A stretch of 64,000 bases of DNA, taken from the NCBI GenBank assembly GCA_963976765.1, contig CAXBME010000003.1:1-64000 (forward strand), given 5' to 3'. Below the pieces are notes generated by a model, which was not told where the DNA came from, did not search any database, and worked only from the letters and a program-made list of their open reading frames with translations. Positions 53,089 to 64,000 of this stretch are shown here, piece after piece (the first letter of the stretch is position 1; the number at the start of each line of letters is the position of its first letter). The stretch is from an uncultured Planctomycetaceae bacterium. Its GTDB lineage: Bacteria > Planctomycetota > Planctomycetia > Planctomycetales > Planctomycetaceae. The position numbers and the translations under genes are program-made.

Positions 53089-55254
53089 TCACACTCGGCT
53101 GCGGAGTCGGGCGTAGCGGGAGAGCGCCATCAGCGGGAACGAAATACGATAAAGGTGGTACTTAAGGTAGAAGACTTTCGGGAATCCGGTTCCGGTCCAC
53201 CATTCTTCGTCCCAGGTACCATCTTCGTTCTGTGAATCGATCAGATATTCGATGCCTCGGGCGACACATTCAGATTCACCTTCGCCAGCAGCGATCAATC
53301 CAAGGATTGCCCACGCTGTCTGCGAAGCGGTCGGCGGCCCCTGCCCTTTCAAAGACGGGTCATCATAACTGCGAGGAGTCTCTCCCCAACCGCCGCAATC
53401 TCGCTGGACGGACTTCAGCCAGTTGGCAGCTTTGCGAATTCGAGCATCGGTCAGCGGAATGCCGATCCGAGTCAGACCGACCAGGCACTGCCAGGTTCCG
53501 TACAGATAATTGACGCCCCAGCGACCGTACCAGCAGTGCTCGGAATCCTGATCATTCCAGACGAAGTCGATCGCTTTCCGAACAACCGGGTGGTCGACCG
53601 GCACGTTGAGGTACGAAAACATCTCCAGCATCCGAGCCGTTAAGTCAGCCGTGCTGGGATCGATCATTGCGTTGTGATCGGCAAACGGAACCTGAGTGAA
53701 TAGCTCGCGAACGTTGTCGCGGTCAAACGCGCCCCAGCCGCCGTCTTTCGACTGCATGGCCAGAATCCAGCGAGCTCCGCGGTGCATCGCGCCGAGCATT
53801 GGTCTCAACCGATCAACCTGAACTGCCGCCAGGATCGAGTCGGCATTTCGAGCTGCCAGCACTGCGGTGGCATCTTTGTCCGCTTCGTGAGGACTCCAGT
53901 CGTCGACCAGAAAATCCGTATCCCATTCGGGGTGATCCGGCAGACACCGAGCCAGAGCCATCAGCACCATGCACGTATCATCAACGTCGGGGTAAAACTC
54001 GTTGTTGAATTCGAAATACCAGCCGGCCGGTTCGGTCGCGCTGTTGCGCATCGTCCAGTCACCGGGCTTGCGAACTTCCTTCGCAAGTAACCAGTCGACC
54101 GCTCGCTTCAGCGAAGGATGCTCAGCCGCAACACCCGCATCACGCAACGCGATTGTCGCGATGGCCGTATCCCAAACCGGCGACTTGCAAGGCTGAAGCC
54201 GGTCGGTTTCGCCTTCCGAAATCACCAGGTCTTTCAACTCGTCGAGCTGCGACTGAACTTCAGGAGAATCTTCCTCGTAACCGAGACACCGTAGAGCGAT
54301 GACGCTCCAGACAATCGGCGGTAAGATGGCCCCAAGTCCATCGCTGTCTTCAAAACGGTCGAACACCCACTTCGTCGCTCGCCGGACAGCAATTCTTCGA
54401 AACGGCCGGATGTGCAGCGAATCAAGGGTCTTGAACGTCAGGTCAACGCCGTTGAAAAAAGCACGCCAGTTGAACTTCGAAGCAGACTTCAGCTCGTCCA
54501 CGACTTCCGACGGCGGCATCGTTCTGGGAAGTTTTTCCGGAGAGTCGATGAATAACTCCGGAACGTTCCATTCGTCGCGCAGCTTGCTGACCGGGCGGAA
54601 TGACCACATCAGACTCAGCGGGATCAGAATCGTGCGCGACCACGCCGACATTTCATAAACATTGAACGGGCACCAGGTCGGGATCAGAATCAGCTCAGGC
54701 GGCACCGCCGGGCACTGCGCGTAGGAAATCTGCCCGAGCAACGCGAAGTAAAACCTGGTGAAGCTGTTCATTTTCTCGGCACCGCCGCCGGCGAGAATTG
54801 CTTCGCGTGCTCGACGCATGACCTCTTCGCCAGGATCGTGGCCAGCGATCTTCATCGCCCAGTACGCCTTCACCGATGCCGAGATTTCCAGAGGTCCGCC
54901 AGGATAAATCGCCCACCCGCCGGTCGGAAGCTGCTGCCGCTCGATGTACTTTGCGCAGCGCTGGACTTCTTCAGATTCGCCTCGCCCGAGCCAGGTCAGA
55001 AGCAGGATGTACTCTGACTCAAGGATGGTGTCGCCTTCGAGTTCTCCCACCCAGAAGCCATCCGGATGCTGCTCGTTAAGCAGCCAGTTTCGCGTTCGAG
55101 TAATAGCGGTACCAAGCCGTTCAGCCTCTGTCGTCACCCCTGACGCCGCGAGCAATTCCGGATCAAACGCGTCACTCGATCCCGGCAAACCAGGAGACGC
55201 TGACGTCGACGAGGCAAATCGATTTCGTTGAGAACCCAGCCTGCCAGAATCCAT
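53089..55254 (-). CDS. shc: Squalene-hopene cyclase
   Basis: QW repeats (QHPDGFW, QSKDGGW, QRDCGGW, QNEDGTW), catalytic DXDD (YPDVDDT), SPVWDT, WYGRWGVNY, GTGFPKVFYLKY. Start at 55254 or 55287. Confidence 0.95.
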   Translation of the reverse strand: MDSGRLGSQRNRFASSTSASPGLPGSSDAFDPELLAASGVTTEAERLGTAITRTRNWLLNEQHPDGFWVGELEGDTILESEYILLLTWLGRGESEEVQRCAKYIERQQLPTGGWAIYPGGPLEISASVKAYWAMKIAGHDPGEEVMRRAREAILAGGGAEKMNSFTRFYFALLGQISYAQCPAVPPELILIPTWCPFNVYEMSAWSRTILIPLSLMWSFRPVSKLRDEWNVPELFIDSPEKLPRTMPPSEVVDELKSASKFNWRAFFNGVDLTFKTLDSLHIRPFRRIAVRRATKWVFDRFEDSDGLGAILPPIVWSVIALRCLGYEEDSPEVQSQLDELKDLVISEGETDRLQPCKSPVWDTAIATIALRDAGVAAEHPSLKRAVDWLLAKEVRKPGDWTMRNSATEPAGWYFEFNNEFYPDVDDTCMVLMALARCLPDHPEWDTDFLVDDWSPHEADKDATAVLAARNADSILAAVQVDRLRPMLGAMHRGARWILAMQSKDGGWGAFDRDNVRELFTQVPFADHNAMIDPSTADLTARMLEMFSYLNVPVDHPVVRKAIDFVWNDQDSEHCWYGRWGVNYLYGTWQCLVGLTRIGIPLTDARIRKAANWLKSVQRDCGGWGETPRSYDDPSLKGQGPPTASQTAWAILGLIAAGEGESECVARGIEYLIDSQNEDGTWDEEWWTGTGFPKVFYLKYHLYRISFPLMALSRYARLRSRV

Positions 55255-55593
55255 CCGATGCCTTCCGTGGAGTAAGAACCTGGCCATCCAATGACGTCTG
55301 AAGCCTTCATGAATTCAAACCTGAAAACCAGCAGAGGGGATCGTAAAGCACTCTCAACTTCGGCTTCAACGCCAGGTTTGCCTTTGGCCAGACAGATATA
55401 GAGGCGAAACAGGACCGCCATTAGTATTCCACAAACCGGTGAATGCCAACGTTTCGGCAGCCACTCACCGAGCCATCTGCCGAGTAATCCTGCATAAGGT
55501 CAATGGACAATGAGTCGTCTGAAAACAAACAAACTCGGAACAGTCAACCGGCGTTTATCGACAGCCGTCAAACAGCAGCAAAGTGGACAGCAA

Positions 55594-56145
55594 ATGAATG
55601 TGACGGAAACCTCACTTCCCGGCGTGCTGCTCATTGAACCGCGAGTCTTCGGCGACTCTCGAGGCTTCTTTCTCGAAACGTTTTCGCAACAACGTTACGG
55701 CGACGCTGGTATCACCGGCCCGTTCATCCAGGACAACTGGTCGCACTCCTGCCGAGGCACGCTGAGAGGGCTGCATTTTCAGATTCAGCATCCGCAAGGA
55801 AAACTCGTCCACGTCATGCAGGGCGAAATCTTCGACGTCGCGGTAGATGTTCGACAGGACTCGCCGACGTTCGGCCAGTGGGTTGGCGTGACGCTATCTG
55901 CTGAAAACAAGCGGCAGCTTTGGATACCGCCAGGTTTTGCACACGGATTCGCCGTTCTCAGTGAAACGGCAGACTTCGTCTACAAATGCACCGACATCTA
56001 CGCCCCGACGTACGAGCGGACGCTGCTGTGGAACGACGAAACCATCGGCGTGGAGTGGCCCATCGACGGCGAGCCAATTCTCTCCGACAAAGATCGCAAC
56101 GGAACGACGTTCGACAAGCTCGAAACGTTTGCGACGTCGCCGTAG
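55594..56145 (+). CDS. rfbC: dTDP-4-dehydrorhamnose 3,5-epimerase
   Basis: FGDSRGFFLE, QDNWSHS..GTLRGLHFQ, DVAVDVR.DSPTFGQW, GFAHGF, YKCTD. Start MNVTET at 55594. Confidence 0.95.
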   Translation: MNVTETSLPGVLLIEPRVFGDSRGFFLETFSQQRYGDAGITGPFIQDNWSHSCRGTLRGLHFQIQHPQGKLVHVMQGEIFDVAVDVRQDSPTFGQWVGVTLSAENKRQLWIPPGFAHGFAVLSETADFVYKCTDIYAPTYERTLLWNDETIGVEWPIDGEPILSDKDRNGTTFDKLETFATSP

Positions 56146-56148
56146 CCC

Positions 56149-56274
56149 CGGCAGACAATTTTAATCGCAGAGGGCGGAGAGCTTTGACACGCAGAGAAAA
56201 AGGAGAGCCAAAGTAGACTCTCCCGTTTCTCTGCGAGACCTCAGTGGACTCTGCGATTAATTTTCAATCTGCCG
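56149..56274. repeat. Long nested palindrome (CGCAGAG/CTCTGCG type) between convergent rfbC and glyQS
   Basis: Nested reverse-complement pairs: CGGCAGA/TCTGCCG, TTAATCGCAGAG/CTCTGCGATTAA, CGCAGAGAAA/TTTCTCTGCG, GGAGAG/CTCTCC. Confidence 0.75.
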
Positions 56275-56283
56275 TCACGAAAC

Positions 56284-57954
<1,671 letters not shown>

Positions 57955-58154
57955 GGCAAAACCGTTCCTCTAAAACTGAGTGGTAAATTCTCGAGTGGAG
58001 TATCGAGAACAAGCTGCCGACTGACCGGGCACGATCCGATAACCGGCGTCCGGATTCGCGGCGAACGCGAACAACCGGAAAGAAAAAGAGACGCCAGGTT
58101 CGTGACCTGTCGCCCCGAATCAACAACGAAATAAGCCTCAGCCTGCCGCCATTC

Positions 58155-58946
58155 TTACGAGACAGGACTGATTCGGCGGGATTGTGGCAGGTACTCGGGA
58201 ACGAGGTCAACCTGGTCCAGAGCCGCCGCCGTTCTGATATCGGCCTCAAGACCGAGCCGCATGAGATTCCGTCCGCCACTTCCCGCTTTCATCGCCTGAA
58301 ACAGTCCGTCCGGCGAATCGGACGCCAATTTCCAGTGCGAAAGCACTAGAAACGCCGCATCACCAAGTTCGAATCGTCCCTCGCTCGCCCCATCAGCCGG
58401 CAGCGATTCGTTCAACAGCCGATCGATAACCGCTCCGGCAAATAGACAATCTTCAGTCGAAACCTTGCCCCCAGTGCCGGCACAGACCAGATGAACAGGC
58501 TCACTGTTTCTCTTCAGGCAGTTGACAACCGCCTGAAGATTCGCAAATGCTCCTGTGATGATCTGTTCCGCCCAGGCCGAGCGAAGCAGGGCATGCGTCC
58601 CATTGGTCGTCGTAAAGGCGATCTCCCGATCCGTAACCGCCGCGTGACTCCATTCTGATGGTGAGTTACTTAGATCGAATCCGGCGATCGGTTCTCCACC
58701 ACGTTCGCCACCCAGCAGCAACTCACCGGAAGTTTCCAGCGGCTTCGCACTCTTGCTTTTCAGAAGGCGTTGAGCCATCGCTTCCTCGATCGACGCACAC
58801 GGGATGATGCTTCGGGCGCCGTTTTCCAGCGCGTAAGCAATCGTCGTCGTCGCTCGCAGGACGTCAATCACGACAGCGATGCCACCAGCCAGCTGCGAAG
58901 GCTCGAACAAAGTGGGAAGAAGATGAACAGTCAGTTTTCGAGGCAT
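58155..58946 (-). CDS. comB: 2-phosphosulfolactate phosphatase family protein
   Basis: VVIDVLRATTTI, GGERGG...GFDLSNSP, TTTNGT, CAG...EDCLFAG. Confidence 0.9.
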   Translation of the reverse strand: MPRKLTVHLLPTLFEPSQLAGGIAVVIDVLRATTTIAYALENGARSIIPCASIEEAMAQRLLKSKSAKPLETSGELLLGGERGGEPIAGFDLSNSPSEWSHAAVTDREIAFTTTNGTHALLRSAWAEQIITGAFANLQAVVNCLKRNSEPVHLVCAGTGGKVSTEDCLFAGAVIDRLLNESLPADGASEGRFELGDAAFLVLSHWKLASDSPDGLFQAMKAGSGGRNLMRLGLEADIRTAAALDQVDLVPEYLPQSRRISPVS

Positions 58947-59208
58947 TGCAAAACCGGCTCTGGTTAGTTCAAAGATGAAAATTTAAGGAACACTGAAATA
59001 CGCTGATCGAAACTGCCTGATCGAGACTGGTTGCCCACAAGTGTCGCTTCCACTCATTAGCGAAGATTAGAGCCTGTTAGTATTCCTGCGAGTCGAGTCG
59101 GCACTTTGATTCTGGACGCTTGATTCTGTCAGAGCGGTGGCGACACTTCTTCCGTCCGTGTTCTCACACCAGATTTTCTCAGCTCCATCGCCAGTCAAAG
59201 CGTGACTC

Positions 59209-60237
59209 ATGACTTCCGAAATCCTTCGCCTTTTTGAAATGACTCCGAACCAGTCGGGAGATCTGTTCGCCGTGCTGGCATCCAAAGAGCAGAGCCAGAC
59301 CAAGGACGGCAAGCCTTACTACCGAGTCACGTTTCGGGATGCAAAGCGCAAAGCCACTTCCATGATCTGGAGTGACCACGGGCACTTCCCCGACTGCAGC
59401 GAGAACTGGAATGTTGGCACGTTCTACAAGATTCGCGGCAGGTTCACGGAGAATTCATACGGACCACAGCTCGATATCGAGCGAATTCGTCCTGTCCAGG
59501 ATAGCGACACAGAACACGGGTTTTCGCCCGACGACTTCTTCGAAACAACACGGTACAACCGCGATGAAATGTTCGAGGAACTGATCGGCCTCGCCAGAGA
59601 ACACATCACGGAAGAGCCTCTGCAACGGCTCGTGGTCGAACTGCTCACCGAGCGTGCCGACTTCGTCAAGACTCACGCCGCCGCATCGCGAAACCACCAC
59701 GCGTTCATGGGCGGCTACCTTGAACACACTTTGTCTGTAACCAGGACCGCCGTCTTTCTCGCGGAAAAATACAGCAACTACTACACCAGAATGCAGCCGC
59801 CGCTGTCGAAGTCACTCGTCATCGCGGGAGCCATTCTGCACGACATTGGCAAGGCGGAAGAACTCGAATTCAAACCGGAAGGCTGGGAATACACTCCGCG
59901 AGGCCGCCTGGTCGGGCACATTTTTATCGGTCGGGACATCGTCCTGAACAAAGCCGCCACCATTCCCGACATCAATCCGGAGACCGTGCTCCGGCTGGAA
60001 CACATCATCATTTCGCACCAGGGGATCCCGGAGTGGGGATCGCCGATTTCGCCGAGCACTCCCGAAGCTCTGCTTGTCCATTACGCCGACGACATGGACG
60101 CCAAGTTTCACGAACTCGCGGTTCAACTCGAAACCGACGCGCCGCCGGACACCGAGTTCACCGACTACAAAAACCCGCTCCGCCGTCGGATTTTCCGCGG
60201 TCTGCAACCGGGTAGCTCCTCTGAGGCGTCGAAATAA
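59209..60237 (+). CDS. YhaM/Cbf1-family OB-fold plus HD-domain 3'-5' exoribonuclease
   Basis: N-terminal OB fold (TKDGKPYY...D), AA..NHHAFMGGYLEHT, LHDIGK, GHI, HIIISHQG.PEWGSP, HYADDMDAK. Confidence 0.88.
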   Translation: MTSEILRLFEMTPNQSGDLFAVLASKEQSQTKDGKPYYRVTFRDAKRKATSMIWSDHGHFPDCSENWNVGTFYKIRGRFTENSYGPQLDIERIRPVQDSDTEHGFSPDDFFETTRYNRDEMFEELIGLAREHITEEPLQRLVVELLTERADFVKTHAAASRNHHAFMGGYLEHTLSVTRTAVFLAEKYSNYYTRMQPPLSKSLVIAGAILHDIGKAEELEFKPEGWEYTPRGRLVGHIFIGRDIVLNKAATIPDINPETVLRLEHIIISHQGIPEWGSPISPSTPEALLVHYADDMDAKFHELAVQLETDAPPDTEFTDYKNPLRRRIFRGLQPGSSSEASK

Positions 60238-60247
60238 CGTCGGCCCG

Positions 60248-60287
60248 AAAAAACAGCTTCGAGTCTAAATCAGCAAACTCGAAGCTG
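60248..60287 (-). terminator. Intrinsic terminator for the minus-strand RTX gene (may also serve the YhaM-like gene)
   Basis: CAGCTTCGAGT (60254-60264) and ACTCGAAGCTG (60277-60287) form a perfect 11-bp stem. It is preceded on + by AAAAAA, which is a U-tail on the minus strand. Confidence 0.7.
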
Positions 60288-60321
60288 CGTTAGTCTCAAC
60301 CGGCTCTGGCCAGAATCCTGT

Positions 60322-63300
60322 CTAGGTTTGCGTGTTGAGCTTTGCTCGCTGGTCCGCAGTGAGCATCAGCATATCGTTGATGACTTCGCTGCTGCCGAAC
60401 ACGTCGTCGCCCAGGTTGCCGCCGACCGTGTCCGTTCCGGAGTTACCATTGATCGTGTCGTTGCCGTCGCCACCGACAACCACGTCATCACCACCGCCGG
60501 CGTTGATGAAGTCATCACCGTCGTGTCCGTCGATGATGTCGGCTCCACTTTCACCGTTGAGCGTGTCGTCGCCGTCGCCGCCAAAGATGCCATCGTCACC
60601 GTTGCCACCGAAGACCTGGTCAGCTCCGTCACCCGCATCAATCGTGTCGTCGCCGCTGTCGCCGCGAATCGTGTCGTCGCCGTGGTCGCCTCGCAGAACA
60701 TCGTTGCCGCCCTGACCAACCATCAGGTCGTCGTCGCGACCACCGTCCAGCGTGTCATCACCGTTGCCGCCAAGAATCGAATCGCGGCCCAGCATACCCA
60801 TCAGGCTGTCGTCGCCCGCCATCCCGTTAAGAATGTCGTCACCGAAACTTCCAATCGCCGTATCGTTACCGTCGCTGCCGAAGAGCGTGTCATTACCAAA
60901 CCCGCCTTCGAGCAGGTCATTCCCCAGGCCACCAACGACTGAATCATTTCCCGCATCGCCACGCAGAGTATCGTTGCCGTCACCACCGGCGATGATGTCG
61001 TCACCGTCGCCGCCGCTGACGGTGTCGGCTCCTTCCCGAGCGTCAATGGTGTCAACACCTTCGCTTCCCAGGATGGAGTCTCGACCGGTCGTCCCCGTCA
61101 GAGTGTCGTCACCCAGACCACCATCAATGATGACCGGAACGTTGCCAATCAGGGCTCCCGCTCCGGTGATCGTGTCCGTACCGGCGTCGCCGTTGACACG
61201 CAGAACGAAGAACCCGACGTTGTTGATATCGTTGATGGTGATGGTGTCGTTGCCGCGTCCGCCGTTGACTTCGACCACCTCAGAACCTGACGCAAATCCA
61301 AGAGCATCGCCCGAAATGCTCAGTGAGCCGGTGCCTTCTGAGATAATCAGCGTGCTGCCGCTCTGACCAATGGCGAAATTGTTGTCAGAAGAGTCGCCGT
61401 TAATCTGAATCGTGTCGAAGCCGTCTTCAAAGGCGAAACTGTCATCGCCGTCCTGCTCACCTCGCCAGACAATGATGTCGTCTCCTGCCCCCCCCTCAAG
61501 AACGTCAGCACCGCCCTGCCCCAGCAACGAATCGTTCCCGATATTACCCTGAAGAGTGTCCCGACCTGCACCACCATACAACGTGTCGTCACCTTCGCCA
61601 CCGTCTATCAGATCGTCGCCAGACATACCGTTGATGAAATCATCACCTTCGCCGCCGGTAATCGTGTCATCACCATCTGAGCCCCATAATGTGTCGCCAG
61701 CATCTCGCGGCACATCAACGTCAACAATCGTGATCGCTGATAACAGATCGGTGACATTCGGATCAGTAACACTGAAGGCTAAGCCAGTCGAGGCATTGAA
61801 CAGCCTCAGTGAAAATTGCTCGTCGCCCTCGACCAGATCATCGTCAACAATGTCGATCGTAATGGTCTGTACAAAATCTCCTGAAGAAACTGCCGTCGGT
61901 GCTGAAAAGGTAAGAACCCCTCCGCTTGCCACAAAATCCCGGCCATTCTCCGCCGACCCATCAACAAATTCATACTGCACCGTTGCATCAACACTCGGCG
62001 GCCTGGACAGCCGCACCGTCAGAGAAACCTGACGAAGCCCATTCTCACCTTCCAGAACGACTTCAGATTCTGCAGACACGAGGGCAGGCCCAACAGATCC
62101 GAGGACAGCCTGTACCAGTGAGTCGGCAAGGACCTGGCCGGCGTTCGTGTCAGTCGGATCGACTGTAAAATACAGGGGTTCATCGGGCTGGATGGGGTCA
62201 TTCGGGATTGTGCCAGCAATAACCAGACCACTTTCATTGACCCCTCCGGTCAGGATCGACAGCGACTCAAGTGGCTGTCGAATCGCACCAAGCGGATCTG
62301 TAGGATCAGCTTGAGCTTGCGCTCCCGACGCTCCTCCAATGCCGATCACCCGAATATTGCGTTGAACCAGTTCGTTGATCGTACTCTGGATACTTGCTCC
62401 CGACGTAAACGGCACACCCGCAGTACCAACCGGGGCATTTCCAACGGCGCCATTCAGGACATTACTCGCCGGAACGGTAACACCATCAACCCCAACATAC
62501 GGATCAACGTTATCCGGCAAGTGCTTTAGCCCGGCATCAGTGCCAACCAGAATCAATCGGATTGATTCCTGATTATTAACGATATCGCGGTTTCGAAAGC
62601 CGATCCCATCATTGATGGTCCCCATTTCTGTCGGTGCCAGAACGGGACCGGTTGGATCCGTCATAAATGTAGAAAATGGTGGAACGTCATTACCCATCGT
62701 TACCGCGGCAATCTGTGTGGACACAAGGCCGGCCACCCCCTGGTCAATTCTGCTTCCATTGCCATTCCCATCGAAACCGTCACCGGTTGCGATCTGGAAC
62801 AACGCCTCGACTACCGACTCCGGAAAATCGGGAATTACCCCCCCGTTACCCAGTGCGTTCCTGGCCGCTGACAAAGCTCCCGTAATTGCTGCGTCAAAAT
62901 TTGGTGTACTCGTCGCGATAATTGGTTGATTAAGTACGAATGGAGTACCGCTGCCGTAATCTTCAAATCGAGACACCCCAAACCCAACATCGAACCCCGG
63001 CAATGCGGTCTGAATTCGCTGTACAATCCCTGGAAACTCTGCCGCAAGCAGAGGAGCGACCGGTTCAAAACTATTCGTGGCATCAAGCGCCAACGCCAGA
63101 TCAAGCAGTGGTGGCGGCGGTAAATCATCGTTGACAATTCTGCCTTCGCCAAAACCGTCCAGAATTTCTGCACGCTCAACATTCTGCAGAATCACAAAGA
63201 AGTTCTCGTCAGATTCGACGAGCGTATCCCCATTCACCGAAATTGAGATCGTCTGGATAAGTTCACCAGGAAGGAAGACCAGTCGCCCGCTACTCGCCTC

Positions 63301-64000
63301 ATAGTCTGACAAACCAGTCTCAGTTTGAACCACCGACGAAGCAGTTCCATCCATGGTTACATAGTCAACAATCACTTCGTGATCGAACGCCGACGAAAGC
63401 GTGACAGTAAATGTCGCCGTCTGAGTGCCGAGTCCGCCTTCTGGCTCAATGGAGACGTCATCGATTGATATAAACCGATCGAAGGGGCACACACTCGTGA
63501 TCACGTCGGCTCCGCTTCCCCCCCGCACGCTGTCCGCACCGCCGCCTCCACAGAGACTGTCGTTATCACCTTGTCCCAGAACCGTGTCGTCGCCTCTCGC
63601 CCCATTGATCGTGTCCGCTCCAGCCCCTCCTTGAACAAGGTCGTTGCCACTGTCTGCAATGATTGAATCATTCCCAGACTGACCGTTGATCGTGTCATCG
63701 CCGGAGTTCCCGTACACCGTGTCATCGCCACTTCCGGCAGACACTGAATCATTTCCACTATCAGCGTCGATAAAGTCCCGCCCACCGTTCCCGACAATCG
63801 TATCATCGCCATCACCACCGCGAAGCGAATCATCATGTGCCCCACCAAGCATGAGGTCGCTGCCATCATTGCCGATCAGCGTATCAAACCCACTTTGCCC
63901 ATTGAGCGTGTCGTCACCGAGGCCACCGTCGATCCTGTCCGCCCCATCGCCACCATGAATTACATCGTTGCCGACATTTCCCAATACACTGTCGGCACCA
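60322..64000 (-). CDS. RTX-type calcium-binding surface protein, 5'-partial, with 2 Calx-beta domains and a vWA domain
   Basis: The frame is open to the window end (GADSVLGNVGND). Many GGxGxDx(I/L) nonapeptides; Calx-beta units (ISIDDVSI..., VVLEGENG...); vWA LDLALALDATNSF. Confidence 0.92.
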   Translation of the reverse strand, partial: GADSVLGNVGNDVIHGGDGADRIDGGLGDDTLNGQSGFDTLIGNDGSDLMLGGAHDDSLRGGDGDDTIVGNGGRDFIDADSGNDSVSAGSGDDTVYGNSGDDTINGQSGNDSIIADSGNDLVQGGAGADTINGARGDDTVLGQGDNDSLCGGGGADSVRGGSGADVITSVCPFDRFISIDDVSIEPEGGLGTQTATFTVTLSSAFDHEVIVDYVTMDGTASSVVQTETGLSDYEASSGRLVFLPGELIQTISISVNGDTLVESDENFFVILQNVERAEILDGFGEGRIVNDDLPPPPLLDLALALDATNSFEPVAPLLAAEFPGIVQRIQTALPGFDVGFGVSRFEDYGSGTPFVLNQPIIATSTPNFDAAITGALSAARNALGNGGVIPDFPESVVEALFQIATGDGFDGNGNGSRIDQGVAGLVSTQIAAVTMGNDVPPFSTFMTDPTGPVLAPTEMGTINDGIGFRNRDIVNNQESIRLILVGTDAGLKHLPDNVDPYVGVDGVTVPASNVLNGAVGNAPVGTAGVPFTSGASIQSTINELVQRNIRVIGIGGASGAQAQADPTDPLGAIRQPLESLSILTGGVNESGLVIAGTIPNDPIQPDEPLYFTVDPTDTNAGQVLADSLVQAVLGSVGPALVSAESEVVLEGENGLRQVSLTVRLSRPPSVDATVQYEFVDGSAENGRDFVASGGVLTFSAPTAVSSGDFVQTITIDIVDDDLVEGDEQFSLRLFNASTGLAFSVTDPNVTDLLSAITIVDVDVPRDAGDTLWGSDGDDTITGGEGDDFINGMSGDDLIDGGEGDDTLYGGAGRDTLQGNIGNDSLLGQGGADVLEGGAGDDIIVWRGEQDGDDSFAFEDGFDTIQINGDSSDNNFAIGQSGSTLIISEGTGSLSISGDALGFASGSEVVEVNGGRGNDTITINDINNVGFFVLRVNGDAGTDTITGAGALIGNVPVIIDGGLGDDTLTGTTGRDSILGSEGVDTIDAREGADTVSGGDGDDIIAGGDGNDTLRGDAGNDSVVGGLGNDLLEGGFGNDTLFGSDGNDTAIGSFGDDILNGMAGDDSLMGMLGRDSILGGNGDDTLDGGRDDDLMVGQGGNDVLRGDHGDDTIRGDSGDDTIDAGDGADQVFGGNGDDGIFGGDGDDTLNGESGADIIDGHDGDDFINAGGGDDVVVGGDGNDTINGNSGTDTVGGNLGDDVFGSSEVINDMLMLTADQRAKLNTQT

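Noticed and set aside
57955..58154. T-box riboswitch upstream of glyQS
   Set aside because: I saw no T-box consensus (GGTGG.ACC.CG) or terminator/antiterminator on the minus strand.
60328..61366. Plus-strand ORFs opposite the RTX repeats
   Set aside because: They are Ser/Pro/Val-rich antisense translations of GGxGxD repeats.

Overview
Genomic window from a planctomycete, most likely Planctomycetaceae. This is inferred from a DUF1559 prepilin-like gene with its partner lipoprotein, a TIGR02999-type ECF sigma factor next to a Ser/Thr kinase, a squalene-hopene cyclase and giant Calx-beta proteins. Two large secreted-type proteins run off the window edges. On the left is a giant of more than 7,700 aa with beta-helix repeats, two LamG domains, autotransporter-type strands, an SdrD-B-like domain, 18 Calx-beta domains and an unexplained C-terminus. 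On the right is an RTX Ca-binding protein with Calx-beta domains and a vWA domain that closely resembles the integrin beta I-like domain. The giant gene is followed by a 1599-aa membrane Ser/Thr kinase with TPRs. The kinase has ten D-x-T-[VI]-x-x-D motifs in its N-terminus and an activation segment of about 200 aa containing tandem ATNIV repeats. The middle of the window holds housekeeping genes (comEA-like, RluA-family, SDR, MoxR, ppa, asnB plus GT4, FAD oxidoreductase, Hsp70-like, shc, rfbC, glyQS, comB, YhaM-like). It also holds an ECF-kinase module with a divergent FG-GAP propeller gene, a long coiled-coil gene and an orphan FHA-GAF histidine kinase. I saw no rRNA, tRNA, CRISPR array or transposase. 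All domain calls were made by eye from motifs, with no database search. The best candidate for an undescribed system is the giant adhesin plus the repeat-laden kinase, possibly read out by FHA proteins.
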